From a virus (taxonomy: Duplodnaviria > Caudoviricetes): 64,000 bases of DNA. The notes under the pieces are model-generated. The model saw only the letters and a program-made list of their open reading frames with translations. It searched no databases and had not been told where the DNA came from. How positions within the stretch are numbered: the stretch's first letter is position 1; every line of letters starts with the position of its first letter. The stretch covers positions 3,716-67,715 of IMG/VR virus record IMGVR_UViG_2775506814_000001; one strand, 5' to 3'. This document shows positions 9,092-17,756 of this stretch, in pieces. The translations under genes and the position numbers were made by a program.

Positions 9092-11614
9092 ATGCTCGAC
9101 TCCATTCGACAGCTCTGTGAAGAAGGTTTTGCCATTCACTGGCTGTATCCGCGTGCCAAAAACCCGATCGGTGACGATTGGGCCGCAAAGCCCGTGGCGA
9201 GCTTCGAAAAGCTCAAGCGATCGTACCGGCAGGGGATGAACGTTGGCGTCCGCCTGGGCAAGTGGTCGAGGATCGGCGACCTCTATCTGCACGTCATAGA
9301 CCTCGACATCCGCGACGCGTCACTGAGCGATGAGGCACGCGCCGAACTGCGCAAGATGATCAGCGAATTTGAGGATCTGCCGTCGGTCATTTCCGGGTCA
9401 GGCGGCGAAAGCCGTCATTACTATTTTCTGTCCGAAGAGGCTTTCCCGCCGAAAAAGCTTGCGCATAGCGCCGGTAAGGTCCTGGGCAAAGATGACAAGA
9501 AGCATTGGGCGTGGGAGATCGAGCTTTTCGGCACCGGCAAGCAGGTCGCGATCCCGCCGTCGATCCACCCCGATACCGGCAAGCGCTATCGTTGGGAGCG
9601 TGAGATCGACTTCGATGCGATCATTCTCGGTGTCGGCCCGGTCGTCGAAGCTGATCGCATTCGCGAACTCATCGGGCGCGAGCGCGAGATCGACATCCAG
9701 AGCGGCGACGGCGAGGATCGTTCGAAACCGCTTGGACTGACGGTCAGCGAAATCCAGCACACGTTGAAGGGGCTGCCGGTTGAATACTGGCGGGACGATA
9801 GGGAAGGGTGGTTGACCGTCGGATTTGCCATCCACCACGAGACCGGTGGCAGCCAGGAGGGATTTCAGCTCTGGCGCGACTTTTCGGCATCGTCGGACAA
9901 GTTCGACACATCTGATCAACGGCGCGTCTGGAAATCATTCCGGAACAAACCCCGGCCGATCCGCATGGCGACGCTCATGACGGCGGCGCGCGAAGCCAGG
10001 CTTGAGGCCGAATTCGAGAACCTCGACGATGCCGAAGACGACGAAGATGACTTCGATGATCTCGACCGGCCGGCAAAGCCAAAACCCAAAAAGCCGGACT
10101 ATTCGTCTGTCCTCGGAGGACCGCGCGACGCGGAGCCCGAGGAAGAGGATGACGCAGACGACTCAGACGACGAGGACGTTCCGCCTCGTGTCGTAAAACT
10201 GCGAAAGGCGGACGTTGAAGCCGAGCTTGGACATGTGCCGCCGAAGGTCAAGCGCATGAACGCCAAGCATGCAATTGCCTTCGTCAAGGGCAAATGCGTG
10301 ATCATCACCGAGCACGACGACGGAACAACCTCCTACGGCACACAGGCCGACCTCCACGCCTGGTATGAGAACGACCGTGTCGCGACGGAAAAGAGCACGG
10401 AACCGGTTTCCAAGGCGTGGATGCGCCACAAGAAGCGGCGAGACTACCCGAACGGCGTCGTCTTCGCGCCAGGTCGCGACGTTGCCGGCGCCTATAACCA
10501 TTGGAAGGGTTTCTCGGTCATCCCGAACAACAAGTACTCGTGCGCGCTATGGCTCGCCCATCTTCGGGATGTGATCTGCAGCGGAGACGAGACCAACTAT
10601 CGCTATGCGCTCGGGTGGTTTGCGCATCTGGTCCAGCGGCCGGAAGAAAAGCCCGGTGTCGCGATGATCCTGCGCGGCAAGAAGCGGATCGGCAAGGATA
10701 CGATCGCTGACTACTTCGCCAACATCATCACGCACCATCGCGTCAAAATCGCGAACCAGGACCAGTTGGTTGGGAAGTTCAACGCCCATCAGGAAAAGTG
10801 TCTCTTCCTCCATGTCGAGGAAGGCTTCTGGGCTGGTAACAAGAACGCCGACGGCGTTCTCAAGAACCTGATCACCAGCGAGCAGGTGCTAATCGAGCCG
10901 AAGGGTATCAACCCCTTCAACGTCGACAGCTGTCTACGCCTCTTCATGTCCTCGAACGAAGAATGGATCGTGCCTGCGACCGCGGATGAAGGGCGCTATT
11001 TCGTGCTCGATGTCTCGGAGGCGCGACGCAACGATCACGTCTATTTCGCCGCTCTCCGCAAGGAGATGAAGAACGGCGGCCCGGAAGCACTGCTCTGGTA
11101 TCTGCAGCACTACGACATTAGCGATTTCCAGGTGCGCAAGGTGCCGAACACAGCGGCCCTGACGCAGCAGAAGCTGGCAGGACTCAAGAACCTCGACCGC
11201 TGGTGGTTCGAAATGCTGGACACGGCCGATCTGTCGTTCGAGCACTACGTGGCTGGAGGCAGGACCGCCGACTGGTCATCGGACCACGTGCATGTTGACC
11301 GTGACGACCTGTTCGACTCCTACAATCGCTGGATCCACGGGCGCCGCTACGATGGCGACGCACTGAGTGGGCCTCTGCTCGGCAAGCGTCTGCAGGAGAT
11401 CATCGGCGACAAGTTGCAGGCCTGCTACCCGCGCCGCGGCAAGTCGCGCATCCGCCAATACATCATCCCGCCATTGGAGATCTGCCGGCGCGCGTTCGAG
11501 CGTTATCTGAACTCGGAGATCAAATGGGATGTCCCCGCCAAGGTCGTCGATGCTGACGAGCTGGACGAGGACATGGATGACGAATACGACGATCTCGATC
11601 AGGACAAAATGTGA
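9092..11614 (+). CDS. Primase-polymerase / PriCT-2 / DUF5906 NTPase (primase-helicase)
   Basis: Prim-pol (VIDLD, HYYF, VAIPPSIHPDTG), PriCT-2 (WLTVGFAIHH), Walker A GKKRIGKD. Confidence 0.92.
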   Translation: MLDSIRQLCEEGFAIHWLYPRAKNPIGDDWAAKPVASFEKLKRSYRQGMNVGVRLGKWSRIGDLYLHVIDLDIRDASLSDEARAELRKMISEFEDLPSVISGSGGESRHYYFLSEEAFPPKKLAHSAGKVLGKDDKKHWAWEIELFGTGKQVAIPPSIHPDTGKRYRWEREIDFDAIILGVGPVVEADRIRELIGREREIDIQSGDGEDRSKPLGLTVSEIQHTLKGLPVEYWRDDREGWLTVGFAIHHETGGSQEGFQLWRDFSASSDKFDTSDQRRVWKSFRNKPRPIRMATLMTAAREARLEAEFENLDDAEDDEDDFDDLDRPAKPKPKKPDYSSVLGGPRDAEPEEEDDADDSDDEDVPPRVVKLRKADVEAELGHVPPKVKRMNAKHAIAFVKGKCVIITEHDDGTTSYGTQADLHAWYENDRVATEKSTEPVSKAWMRHKKRRDYPNGVVFAPGRDVAGAYNHWKGFSVIPNNKYSCALWLAHLRDVICSGDETNYRYALGWFAHLVQRPEEKPGVAMILRGKKRIGKDTIADYFANIITHHRVKIANQDQLVGKFNAHQEKCLFLHVEEGFWAGNKNADGVLKNLITSEQVLIEPKGINPFNVDSCLRLFMSSNEEWIVPATADEGRYFVLDVSEARRNDHVYFAALRKEMKNGGPEALLWYLQHYDISDFQVRKVPNTAALTQQKLAGLKNLDRWWFEMLDTADLSFEHYVAGGRTADWSSDHVHVDRDDLFDSYNRWIHGRRYDGDALSGPLLGKRLQEIIGDKLQACYPRRGKSRIRQYIIPPLEICRRAFERYLNSEIKWDVPAKVVDADELDEDMDDEYDDLDQDKM

Positions 11615-11895
11615 GTCCGATGAAGGCGTGACGACAGCTTATCAAAGCGGGCCTTTGCCTGGGCGCCTTCCGCTGACAGCATGTCGCACTGGCTGTCGAA
11701 CAGGACACGAACACCTTCCGGAATATTGAAGCCCGTGACGAAGGCCCCCATGTAGGCGACCGCCGAGCCACCCTCTTCAAGCGTCTTCAACATTTCCCGG
11801 ATGTCCGCTCCGGTTTGCGGATGGTAGGCGCCGAGCGTTGCGGAAATCTCGCGAGCGACTTCCTGGGACGGCGCGAAAATCAGAATTCCTGGCAT
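11599..11895 (-). CDS. Hypothetical protein (weak helicase-C-like TGFNIP segment)
   Basis: SD AAAGGTGA upstream of ATG 11895. Confidence 0.55.
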   Translation of the reverse strand: MPGILIFAPSQEVAREISATLGAYHPQTGADIREMLKTLEEGGSAVAYMGAFVTGFNIPEGVRVLFDSQCDMLSAEGAQAKARFDKLSSRLHRTHILS

Positions 11896-11915
11896 GCGAA
11901 TGTCACCTTTCCGGT

Positions 11916-12125
11916 TCAGATATTGTGGAAGCCTTTCCGTTTGCTCGGCACGCATCTCCAGCGCGCAACTTGCCATTTTGGATGAGCCGCCGTCCACTGC
12001 GCGATCGTCTGCTGCGCCGTCATCATGCACTGCATCGGCGGGGCTTCCTCGATCGAGACCGTCAGGCTCTCCGACCTGCAGTGCGCCGGGGTGGCGAGAA
12101 GACAGACGATCATCAACAGTTCCAT
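11916..12125 (-). CDS. Small Cys-containing protein
   Basis: MELLMIVCLL..P.HC...CMM.AQ..IAQW...HP.W....WRC pattern. Confidence 0.7.
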   Translation of the reverse strand: MELLMIVCLLATPAHCRSESLTVSIEEAPPMQCMMTAQQTIAQWTAAHPKWQVARWRCVPSKRKGFHNI

Positions 12126-12150
12126 GGCATGGTCACCTTTTAGTTGAACG

Positions 12151-12615
12151 TTAAAGCGCGATGAGAGGCTGATCGGACCTCACGTAAAGCGGATGACGTG
12201 GATGCCCCTGCTTCGTTTTGCCAAGGCATTGCAGGAGCCCGCCAGCCATGTTGAGAACGGCACGGTCCCTGCCGAGAAAGACCCCGTGCGCGCCCCAGGC
12301 GGCAATCAGTGGTCCCGTTTTGGACAGCGCACGAGCGATGTAGACGTTGTTCTCCTGGCCGAGTGGATATTCCGCCCGCTTCAGGTCGGCAGGTGATGTG
12401 GCCCGAAACGCGAAGAGGTTGACGACCTCCAGAGCACCGCAGTGCTCCCGCTTCGCAAACCCAATACAGCGCCGTATCGTTGGGTCGTCCTGCGTCCCGT
12501 CTGCCGTGCTTGGATTGAGCATGATGAAGACGCAGGTTGGCCCCGACTTCCAACGCCGGAAAAGACGGTAGCGGTATTGACCGCAAGTGGAAATGACAGC
12601 GCTACTCTCGATCAT
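12151..12615 (-). CDS. DUF1643 domain protein
   Basis: YRYRL.R.W, IMLNPSTAD...DDPTIRRC, AAWG, PRHPLY; start reassigned to ATG 12615. Confidence 0.9.
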   Translation of the reverse strand: MIESSAVISTCGQYRYRLFRRWKSGPTCVFIMLNPSTADGTQDDPTIRRCIGFAKREHCGALEVVNLFAFRATSPADLKRAEYPLGQENNVYIARALSKTGPLIAAWGAHGVFLGRDRAVLNMAGGLLQCLGKTKQGHPRHPLYVRSDQPLIAL

Positions 12616-12814
12616 AGCTTTCCTCGTTCCACAGTGTGTTTTCGATGGCGGTCGAGCCTGTCTCACCCTGATCGGACTCATCCATCGGCAGATGGAGCAT
12701 CCTTTCCCAGTAGGCGTCGTAGCCGGCAACGCATTCAGGGCCGAACTGCTCGCACCAACTAGAGTTCTCCCCTTGTGCGGCGGCCGTATAGCCGAGATCA
12801 AACATCTTACCCAC
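12602..12814 (-). CDS. Hypothetical protein (weakly RMF-like)
   Basis: Follows a 15-bp repeat that contains the SD. Confidence 0.55.
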   Translation of the reverse strand: MGKMFDLGYTAAAQGENSSWCEQFGPECVAGYDAYWERMLHLPMDESDQGETGSTAIENTLWNEESYDRE

Positions 12815-12934
12815 AAATCACCTTTTAGTTGAACGGGTCGGCGTACTGAAGCAGTGCCTCCATCCCTTTCGGGGTGATCCATGCCCGATCTGTCCCGATA
12901 GGCCACTTGATCAGCTTGAGGCGGCGCAAGGCGA

Positions 12935-13213
12935 TCATGACCGACTTGCGCCGCCCCCGTCGAGATAGGGTTGTGGGATCACCGTGTCGCTCTTGCGCCG
13001 ATACGTCCACATGACCATTTGACGAAACACGATCTCGTCCGAATAGGCGACATGCCACAGGATTTCCCGGCGCCGCGGCGTCATCTTGACCACGTCATAT
13101 TCAGCGCGGCCACAACGCACTATCCGGCTCACGGGGCGCTCAAGCTTCCCCTCGCGCTTCTTCCGATAGTAGATCTGGATGGCGACGCGTTGAGCCTTAT
13201 TGCGCCGAGGCAT
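12935..13213 (-). CDS. Hypothetical basic protein
   Basis: ORF overlapping its neighbours. Confidence 0.55.
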   Translation of the reverse strand: MPRRNKAQRVAIQIYYRKKREGKLERPVSRIVRCGRAEYDVVKMTPRRREILWHVAYSDEIVFRQMVMWTYRRKSDTVIPQPYLDGGGASRS

Positions 13214-13457
13214 CGTTGACCACCGTAATGCGCTCTAGCTCATTTTCGAGCATGGAAGTGACGAAGTTGGCAATGACCATGGCCTGATCGCTACCAACGG
13301 TATCCTCGAGTCTTACATAGGCTTCGGCAGAATGCTCTGGGACCATGTGAACATCGTCGATACGTTTCTGGCGTGCCTGCATTTCTTCCAGGTACTCCGC
13401 CTCTCTACGCTCCCGTGCCTCACGCTTGCGCTGGTTGGCATAGAAATTCTTTCCCAT
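13197..13457 (-). CDS. Hypothetical protein
   Basis: ATG 13457 downstream of the structured RNA region. Confidence 0.6.
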   Translation of the reverse strand: MGKNFYANQRKREARERREAEYLEEMQARQKRIDDVHMVPEHSAEAYVRLEDTVGSDQAMVIANFVTSMLENELERITVVNDASAQ

Positions 13458-13477
13458 GGGCGACGACCTTCTCAAGA

Positions 13478-13628
13478 AAATGGGGACGCCAGTTTTCACC
13501 AACGCCCCCTAGTTTGCCGATCTGGGAGGACCGGGGATTGCGCGGGGTGTCGGACGGGCCACTACCTCCCGCCCGACGCGTTCGGTTAGTGTGACCGAAC
13601 CCCCCTGCTCGGACGCCCGTACGGGCGA
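13478..13628 (-). ncRNA. Candidate structured RNA downstream of tRNA-Lys
   Basis: Four consecutive hairpins, including a GAAA-tetraloop stem. Confidence 0.4.
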
Positions 13629-13631
13629 ATA

Positions 13632-13708
13632 TGGTAGACACGCAGGGACTCGAACCCTGGACCCCCGATTTAAAAGACCGGTGCTCTAACCAACTGAGCT
13701 ACGTGTCC
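13632..13708 (-). tRNA. tRNA-Lys(UUU)
   Basis: 77-nt cloverleaf: acceptor GGACACG/CGTGTCT, anticodon arm CCGGT-CTTTTAA-ATCGG, TTCGAGT T-loop, encoded CCA. Confidence 0.95.
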
Positions 13709-13729
13709 TCGTCACAATGAGGTGGACCC

Positions 13730-14155
13730 GACTATGCCGGGATTACACACTGTTCGGGGGTCCGAACAGTGCGACCACTCTGCGATGGACCCTCTCGGGA
13801 GATGATTACCCGACGTATCCCGAGACCGTCAGAACCACCGCATTCCGTGTTGCCCATACGGGCGAAACTGACGATCGGCGGTAAGCGCTCCACATACCGT
13901 TGCCGCACGCTTTGTTGGTTGCTCCATAGCCGCCGCGTGCACCGATCTTTCAGGCGGGACGGTCGGAAGTCCTACTAAGACGGTACGTGAAAAGGAGGTC
14001 GATCCCCACGTACCCAACCGACCGTTGACCCCACTCCTGAACCCGCTGTTGCGACAGAAACACCGGTTCCCCGGAATTCCGCCCGCCGTGCTGTCAGGCC
14101 CTTGGCCGCTCCAGCGGGTGTCCGCACACTCGCAACAACTGTCACGACCATAGTC
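13730..14155 (-). ncRNA. Candidate large structured ncRNA upstream of tRNA-Lys
   Basis: Closing stem 14149-14155/13730-13736 and nine nested 6-10 bp stems (see findings). Confidence 0.55.
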
Positions 14156-14362
14156 ACCTTTTAGTTGACTGTCAACCGTGCGTGGACTGCTCGACCAAGT
14201 GATTTCCATTTCTAGACCGGCCGGCAAATTCTAATGCTCGCGCAGCCTCTTGAGCCGATTTCCATGGGGCCAACCGGCCACCCCCGAATATCAACTCGTG
14301 CAATTTCTGCACACGCTCGATGCCGAAATCCCGGCCTCGAAACAGTAAGAGTCCGTTATGCC

Positions 14363-14699
14363 TGGTCTAGGTGGTGCAGGCAGCAAAAAGCTTGCCTAGA
14401 CCACTTTGCCACCGTTAACACTATGATTTCACGTAAAAATTTTAAGTGGTCTAGGTGGTCTAGGTGGTCTAGGTGGTTTTTCCCAACAACGTGCAAATGT
14501 TTCTGACTTGCCACAATTCAATTTCTGTCCGTTATGCAGCATGATGCCACTTCCATCTTGTGCGCGCGCGTATAGAAACTGCCTAGACCACCTAGACCAC
14601 CTAGACCACCCGTCTTTTCTCTAATAGGAATAAGGGGTTAAGTGGTGCAGGCAAACTCAATTTTGGTCTAGGTGGTCTAGGTGGTCTAGGTGGTCTAGG
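14363..14699. repeat. Cluster of 9-bp TGGTCTAGG iterons in both orientations (probable replication origin)
   Basis: 14 copies: 14363, 14372(var), 14395(rev), 14447, 14456, 14465, 14582/14591/14600(rev), 14643(var), 14664, 14673, 14682, 14691; AT-rich spacers. Confidence 0.85.
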
Positions 14700-14845
14700 C
14701 AGTTTCTGGACTTACGATCAGTCCGTTGTGCGTGTTCGCCATAATTTCGTCACAAGTAGCACAGTCTCGCCTTATTTGCCCGCAGTTTGCCATAATGCAG
14801 GGGTGTGAATAGGAAAATTTCCCTAAAAATTCTCGCGTTCATGGG

Positions 14846-14888
14846 TCTCGGCGCCCCCGCGCACGACGAAAATCCCGAAGAAGGACCC
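14846..14888 (-). other. cos site: cosQ-like GGGTCCT plus putative 12-nt cohesive end GGGGCGCCGAGA
   Basis: Minus strand ACGGGTCCTT...GGGGCGCCGAGA...GAAATTTTCC parallels lambda ACGGGTCCTT...GGGCGGCGACCT...GAAAATTTTCC; the phage has a lambda-type terminase. Confidence 0.75.
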
Positions 14889-15105
14889 GTAGCGACCTGC
14901 ATTTGCAGGCTTTTTCCGACATAGCACAACGGACGCCAACAGAGAGTGAGCACAACGGACATTGACTTAATTCCTATGCATGGATCATGGATGCGGTATC
15001 ATAGTACCGTATGTCCGTATTGCCACGGTAACCGGTTACCACATTAACCATTACGGAACCGAAACGATTCATGCGGTAACCACATACCACATACAACGGA
15101 CGCCA

Positions 15106-15144
15106 GGGCTTCCCCTGGTCGAGGGCTTCCCCTGGTCGAGGGCT
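15106..15144. repeat. 17-bp tandem repeat AGGGCTTCCCCTGGTCG x2
   Basis: Direct reading. Confidence 0.8.
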
Positions 15145-15197
15145 GACGGTCGGCGGGAAACAGGGCTGACCAGGCCATGCGAAAGCGAAGTGACCAA

Positions 15198-15237
15198 TCA
15201 ACTAAATGTTGACTGCACAACGGACACTCTTTATAAA
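15198..15237 (+). promoter_or_regulatory. Sigma70-type early promoter overlapped by the 15-bp operator
   Basis: TTGACT(15209)-17 bp-TATAAA(15232); TCAACTAAATGTTGA at 15198-15212 overlaps the -35. Confidence 0.75.
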
Positions 15238-15267
15238 GGGACTCACAATGCAACCGGAGTTTCCGAA

Positions 15268-15564
15268 ATGACCATTCACACTGACCCTCGCGTCGCTATC
15301 TATGCTGAACGTGAGGAAGCGCTTGAACGGTTGAACGCCCTGTTCCGCGACAAGTATCGCAACGTCTTCCACGCCTTCCCGGTCAATGAACGGGGTATCC
15401 GTCGGAAACGCCTTTGGAAGGTGTTGCACCGTGCCATCGCTATCCTGATAACTTTCCGACAATTGCGGAAATCAAAGAGCGGGAAGGTGAAAACACACGA
15501 AGGGTTGAAGCAACTAGGCGTCGCGTTGCCGAAGATTCTTTCAAACGTAAAGCTGAAAAGGTGA
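15268..15564 (+). CDS. Early hypothetical protein
   Basis: SD GGAG; first gene after the promoter. Confidence 0.7.
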   Translation: MTIHTDPRVAIYAEREEALERLNALFRDKYRNVFHAFPVNERGIRRKRLWKVLHRAIAILITFRQLRKSKSGKVKTHEGLKQLGVALPKILSNVKLKR

Positions 15565-15667
15565 ATGCGATCGAAGGTTTGCAAAAAATCCGCGATAACC
15601 GCGAACTTTCAAACTTCGAACGCGATGCACTGTTGACGGCAATTCGTCTGTTAGGGGAGTCGGGCAC

Positions 15668-15937
15668 GTGACCGCAATCCCTCCCGCCCATACTCTCTTT
15701 GACCGCGCAAAGGCACGTCTCAACGGGCGCACGTTCTATGCTGGCGAGACCTGCCCTGCAGGCCATGACGGCGCCCGCTATGTCGCCAACCGGCTTTGCG
15801 CGCATTGCGCCAAGGCAAAGAGCCGCGCCCGCTATCGGGCCGATCCTGCAGCGGACAACGCGGCACGGTCGGCGCGTCGACGTGCTAAGTTCGAACCGTG
15901 TCCGCTGGCGCGTTTTGTCGCCGAACTGATCAACTAA
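15668..15937 (+). CDS. Early small Zn-binding protein (C..GH...C..C)
   Basis: FYAGETCPAGHDGARYVANRLCAHC. Confidence 0.7.
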   Translation: MTAIPPAHTLFDRAKARLNGRTFYAGETCPAGHDGARYVANRLCAHCAKAKSRARYRADPAADNAARSARRRAKFEPCPLARFVAELIN

Positions 15938-15995
15938 AAAGTGACATTTGCCGTGCATGGTTGATTGCCGGCATTCAATCCAAGGAGTCGCCACT

Positions 15996-16217
15996 ATGGG
16001 CAAGTTGCTGTTTCTGTCCCTCGCGGTTGCCGTCTCAACGGCGGTTAACCTTATGTTCCCGCCCGATATCACGTCGGCACGTTTTGACCTTTTGTCGGTC
16101 GATGCGGCAACCGGGGAGTCGGACATTCTCGACTACAATCTGACTTTCTCCGATTGCCTCTTTGAAATCGCGCGCCGCGCGCCGTCGCATCTGACGTGCG
16201 AAACCGTGCGCAACTGA
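15996..16217 (+). CDS. Early small exported/membrane protein
   Basis: SD AAGGAG; hydrophobic N-terminus. Confidence 0.65.
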   Translation: MGKLLFLSLAVAVSTAVNLMFPPDITSARFDLLSVDAATGESDILDYNLTFSDCLFEIARRAPSHLTCETVRN

Positions 16218-16238
16218 TCAACCAAAAGGTGATTGACC

Positions 16239-16583
16239 ATGAAATATTCAATCTATCTTCCCGCCACACAACGGCGCGTTTCGGTCGGCGCCTATGTCAA
16301 GGGTGTCAAGTCTGCGATCACCAATCCTGATCAGGTTTTCCGCCATGGGCTGGAAACATGGTGGCCTGTTACGGGCGCTCATATCCGCGAGGAATTTCGG
16401 CGGGGAATGGTGGATCGGATTAACCGGCATTTGCCTGAGCACGGCAAGGGGCGCAAGCGCACGCCAGAATGGCAGCTGCAGGCATGGCGTATCGCCGACA
16501 AGGTCAACAATCGGATTGTCGCCTATGAGCGGGACTGTCCGCGCGAATTGCGAGCGCGCCTCGCAAACCGTCTCGAGTCCTGA
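16239..16583 (+). CDS. Early hypothetical protein
   Basis: Repeat-embedded SD AAGGTGA. Confidence 0.75.
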   Translation: MKYSIYLPATQRRVSVGAYVKGVKSAITNPDQVFRHGLETWWPVTGAHIREEFRRGMVDRINRHLPEHGKGRKRTPEWQLQAWRIADKVNNRIVAYERDCPRELRARLANRLES

Positions 16584-16600
16584 TCACAAGGAGTCCAGTC

Positions 16601-16996
16601 ATGAAGCGCCAAGAATGGAAAGCCTATGTTTCCGCGTTCCGGCTCAACGCGAGAAAGAAATTGCCAGCCGGTTGCCGCGCCACGTTCTGCAATCTCTTCG
16701 AAGTCGGCGGACTGATCTATTCGTTGCGAGTCGAGCGCCAGAGCACGGCCGTTTATTCGCCTGATCCGTTGCGGCGAAACACGTGGGGCGCCCCGGTTTC
16801 CATCGTTCCCGCCATCATCCGCGATAGGGCGCCGCGCCATCTGCAGGCAGACGCGTTGAATTGGGCGGCCCGTTACCGCCACAACGTCAAGGCGGACAAG
16901 TGGGCGCCCCATATGCGGCAGATATCGAAGGGCGCCCATGCGGCGATGATCGCGGAATGCCGCGGTTATGGATCCGCGTTTGCCCGTCTTCCCTGA
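16601..16996 (+). CDS. Early hypothetical protein
   Basis: SD AAGGAG. Confidence 0.75.
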   Translation: MKRQEWKAYVSAFRLNARKKLPAGCRATFCNLFEVGGLIYSLRVERQSTAVYSPDPLRRNTWGAPVSIVPAIIRDRAPRHLQADALNWAARYRHNVKADKWAPHMRQISKGAHAAMIAECRGYGSAFARLP

Positions 16997-17026
16997 AAAT
17001 CAACTAACTCTTGAGGAGTCCAACCT

Positions 17027-17704
17027 ATGGCAACGTGGCATCAATCACACAACCGGACAGGCCTTGCAGCGCTTTACCGTTCCGAGCCCGGAGTCTGGAA
17101 AGTGATTTCCGACAAGCCCGATGAATTCGCAAGCGCTATAGCCTTCAATAACCCGGAAGACGCAACGGCGCTTGCGGCGAAGAACGGCGGCCTGATCGTT
17201 ACGCCGTTGGCCAAGCCGGAAGACACGCCAGCGTGTAAATTCACAGTTCTTGAGCAACACGACTGGCATGGGCGACGCGGATATGTCGGAATCAACGAGT
17301 CGCAACGCCTTTACGTTATTCCGGCCGATGGCGGTTTTTCCTGCCTTGGATTCGACGTTGCCGAACGCAAGCGCCAAGCCGTTTTGAAATGGCTAGCCAA
17401 GGGCGCTCTGACTGTCACCGTGGGAACGGCGCTTGCGTATGAAGCCTATCTTGAGGCGATGGAAGCCGGCCGCCGTTATTCAGAGCGGTCCGGTTTGAAA
17501 TGCCTCGCCAACCTGACTCCCGCTCTGACGGGGCTTGAGGGGAGGCGCGTCGCCCTGGTCGACAAGTCCGGGCAGGAAATCGAACGCTTTTACGTGTCCC
17601 GTTCGGGCGGATGGATGCCGGTTCATATCGCCTTGAAGCGCCGTAATTCGTCAGGCGGTTGTGCGGTTTACATGCCAGACGGCGCAACCGTCCGAACGAT
17701 CTAA
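17027..17704 (+). CDS. Early hypothetical protein
   Basis: SD GAGGAG; C-terminal RFYVSRSGGWMPVHI...SSGG domain. Confidence 0.8.
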   Translation: MATWHQSHNRTGLAALYRSEPGVWKVISDKPDEFASAIAFNNPEDATALAAKNGGLIVTPLAKPEDTPACKFTVLEQHDWHGRRGYVGINESQRLYVIPADGGFSCLGFDVAERKRQAVLKWLAKGALTVTVGTALAYEAYLEAMEAGRRYSERSGLKCLANLTPALTGLEGRRVALVDKSGQEIERFYVSRSGGWMPVHIALKRRNSSGGCAVYMPDGATVRTI

Positions 17705-17756
17705 CCGCGTCCGACTAATCAACAAAAACTTGAAAATCCAATCTGGGAATAGACCA

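Noticed and set aside
13855-13880. Hammerhead ribozyme (GAAA and CTGACGA present)
   Set aside because: The two core strings are directly adjacent, leaving no room for stems I/III and a cleavage triplet.
13975-14157. 60-aa ORF behind an SD-containing repeat
   Set aside because: Gly/Ala/Val/Arg-rich with no protein features, and fully inside nested RNA stems; not called, although not strictly excluded.
14363-14699. CRISPR array
   Set aside because: The repeats are 9-bp tandem units in both orientations without unique 30-40 bp spacers; no cas operon (DUF2800 is a routine phage nuclease).
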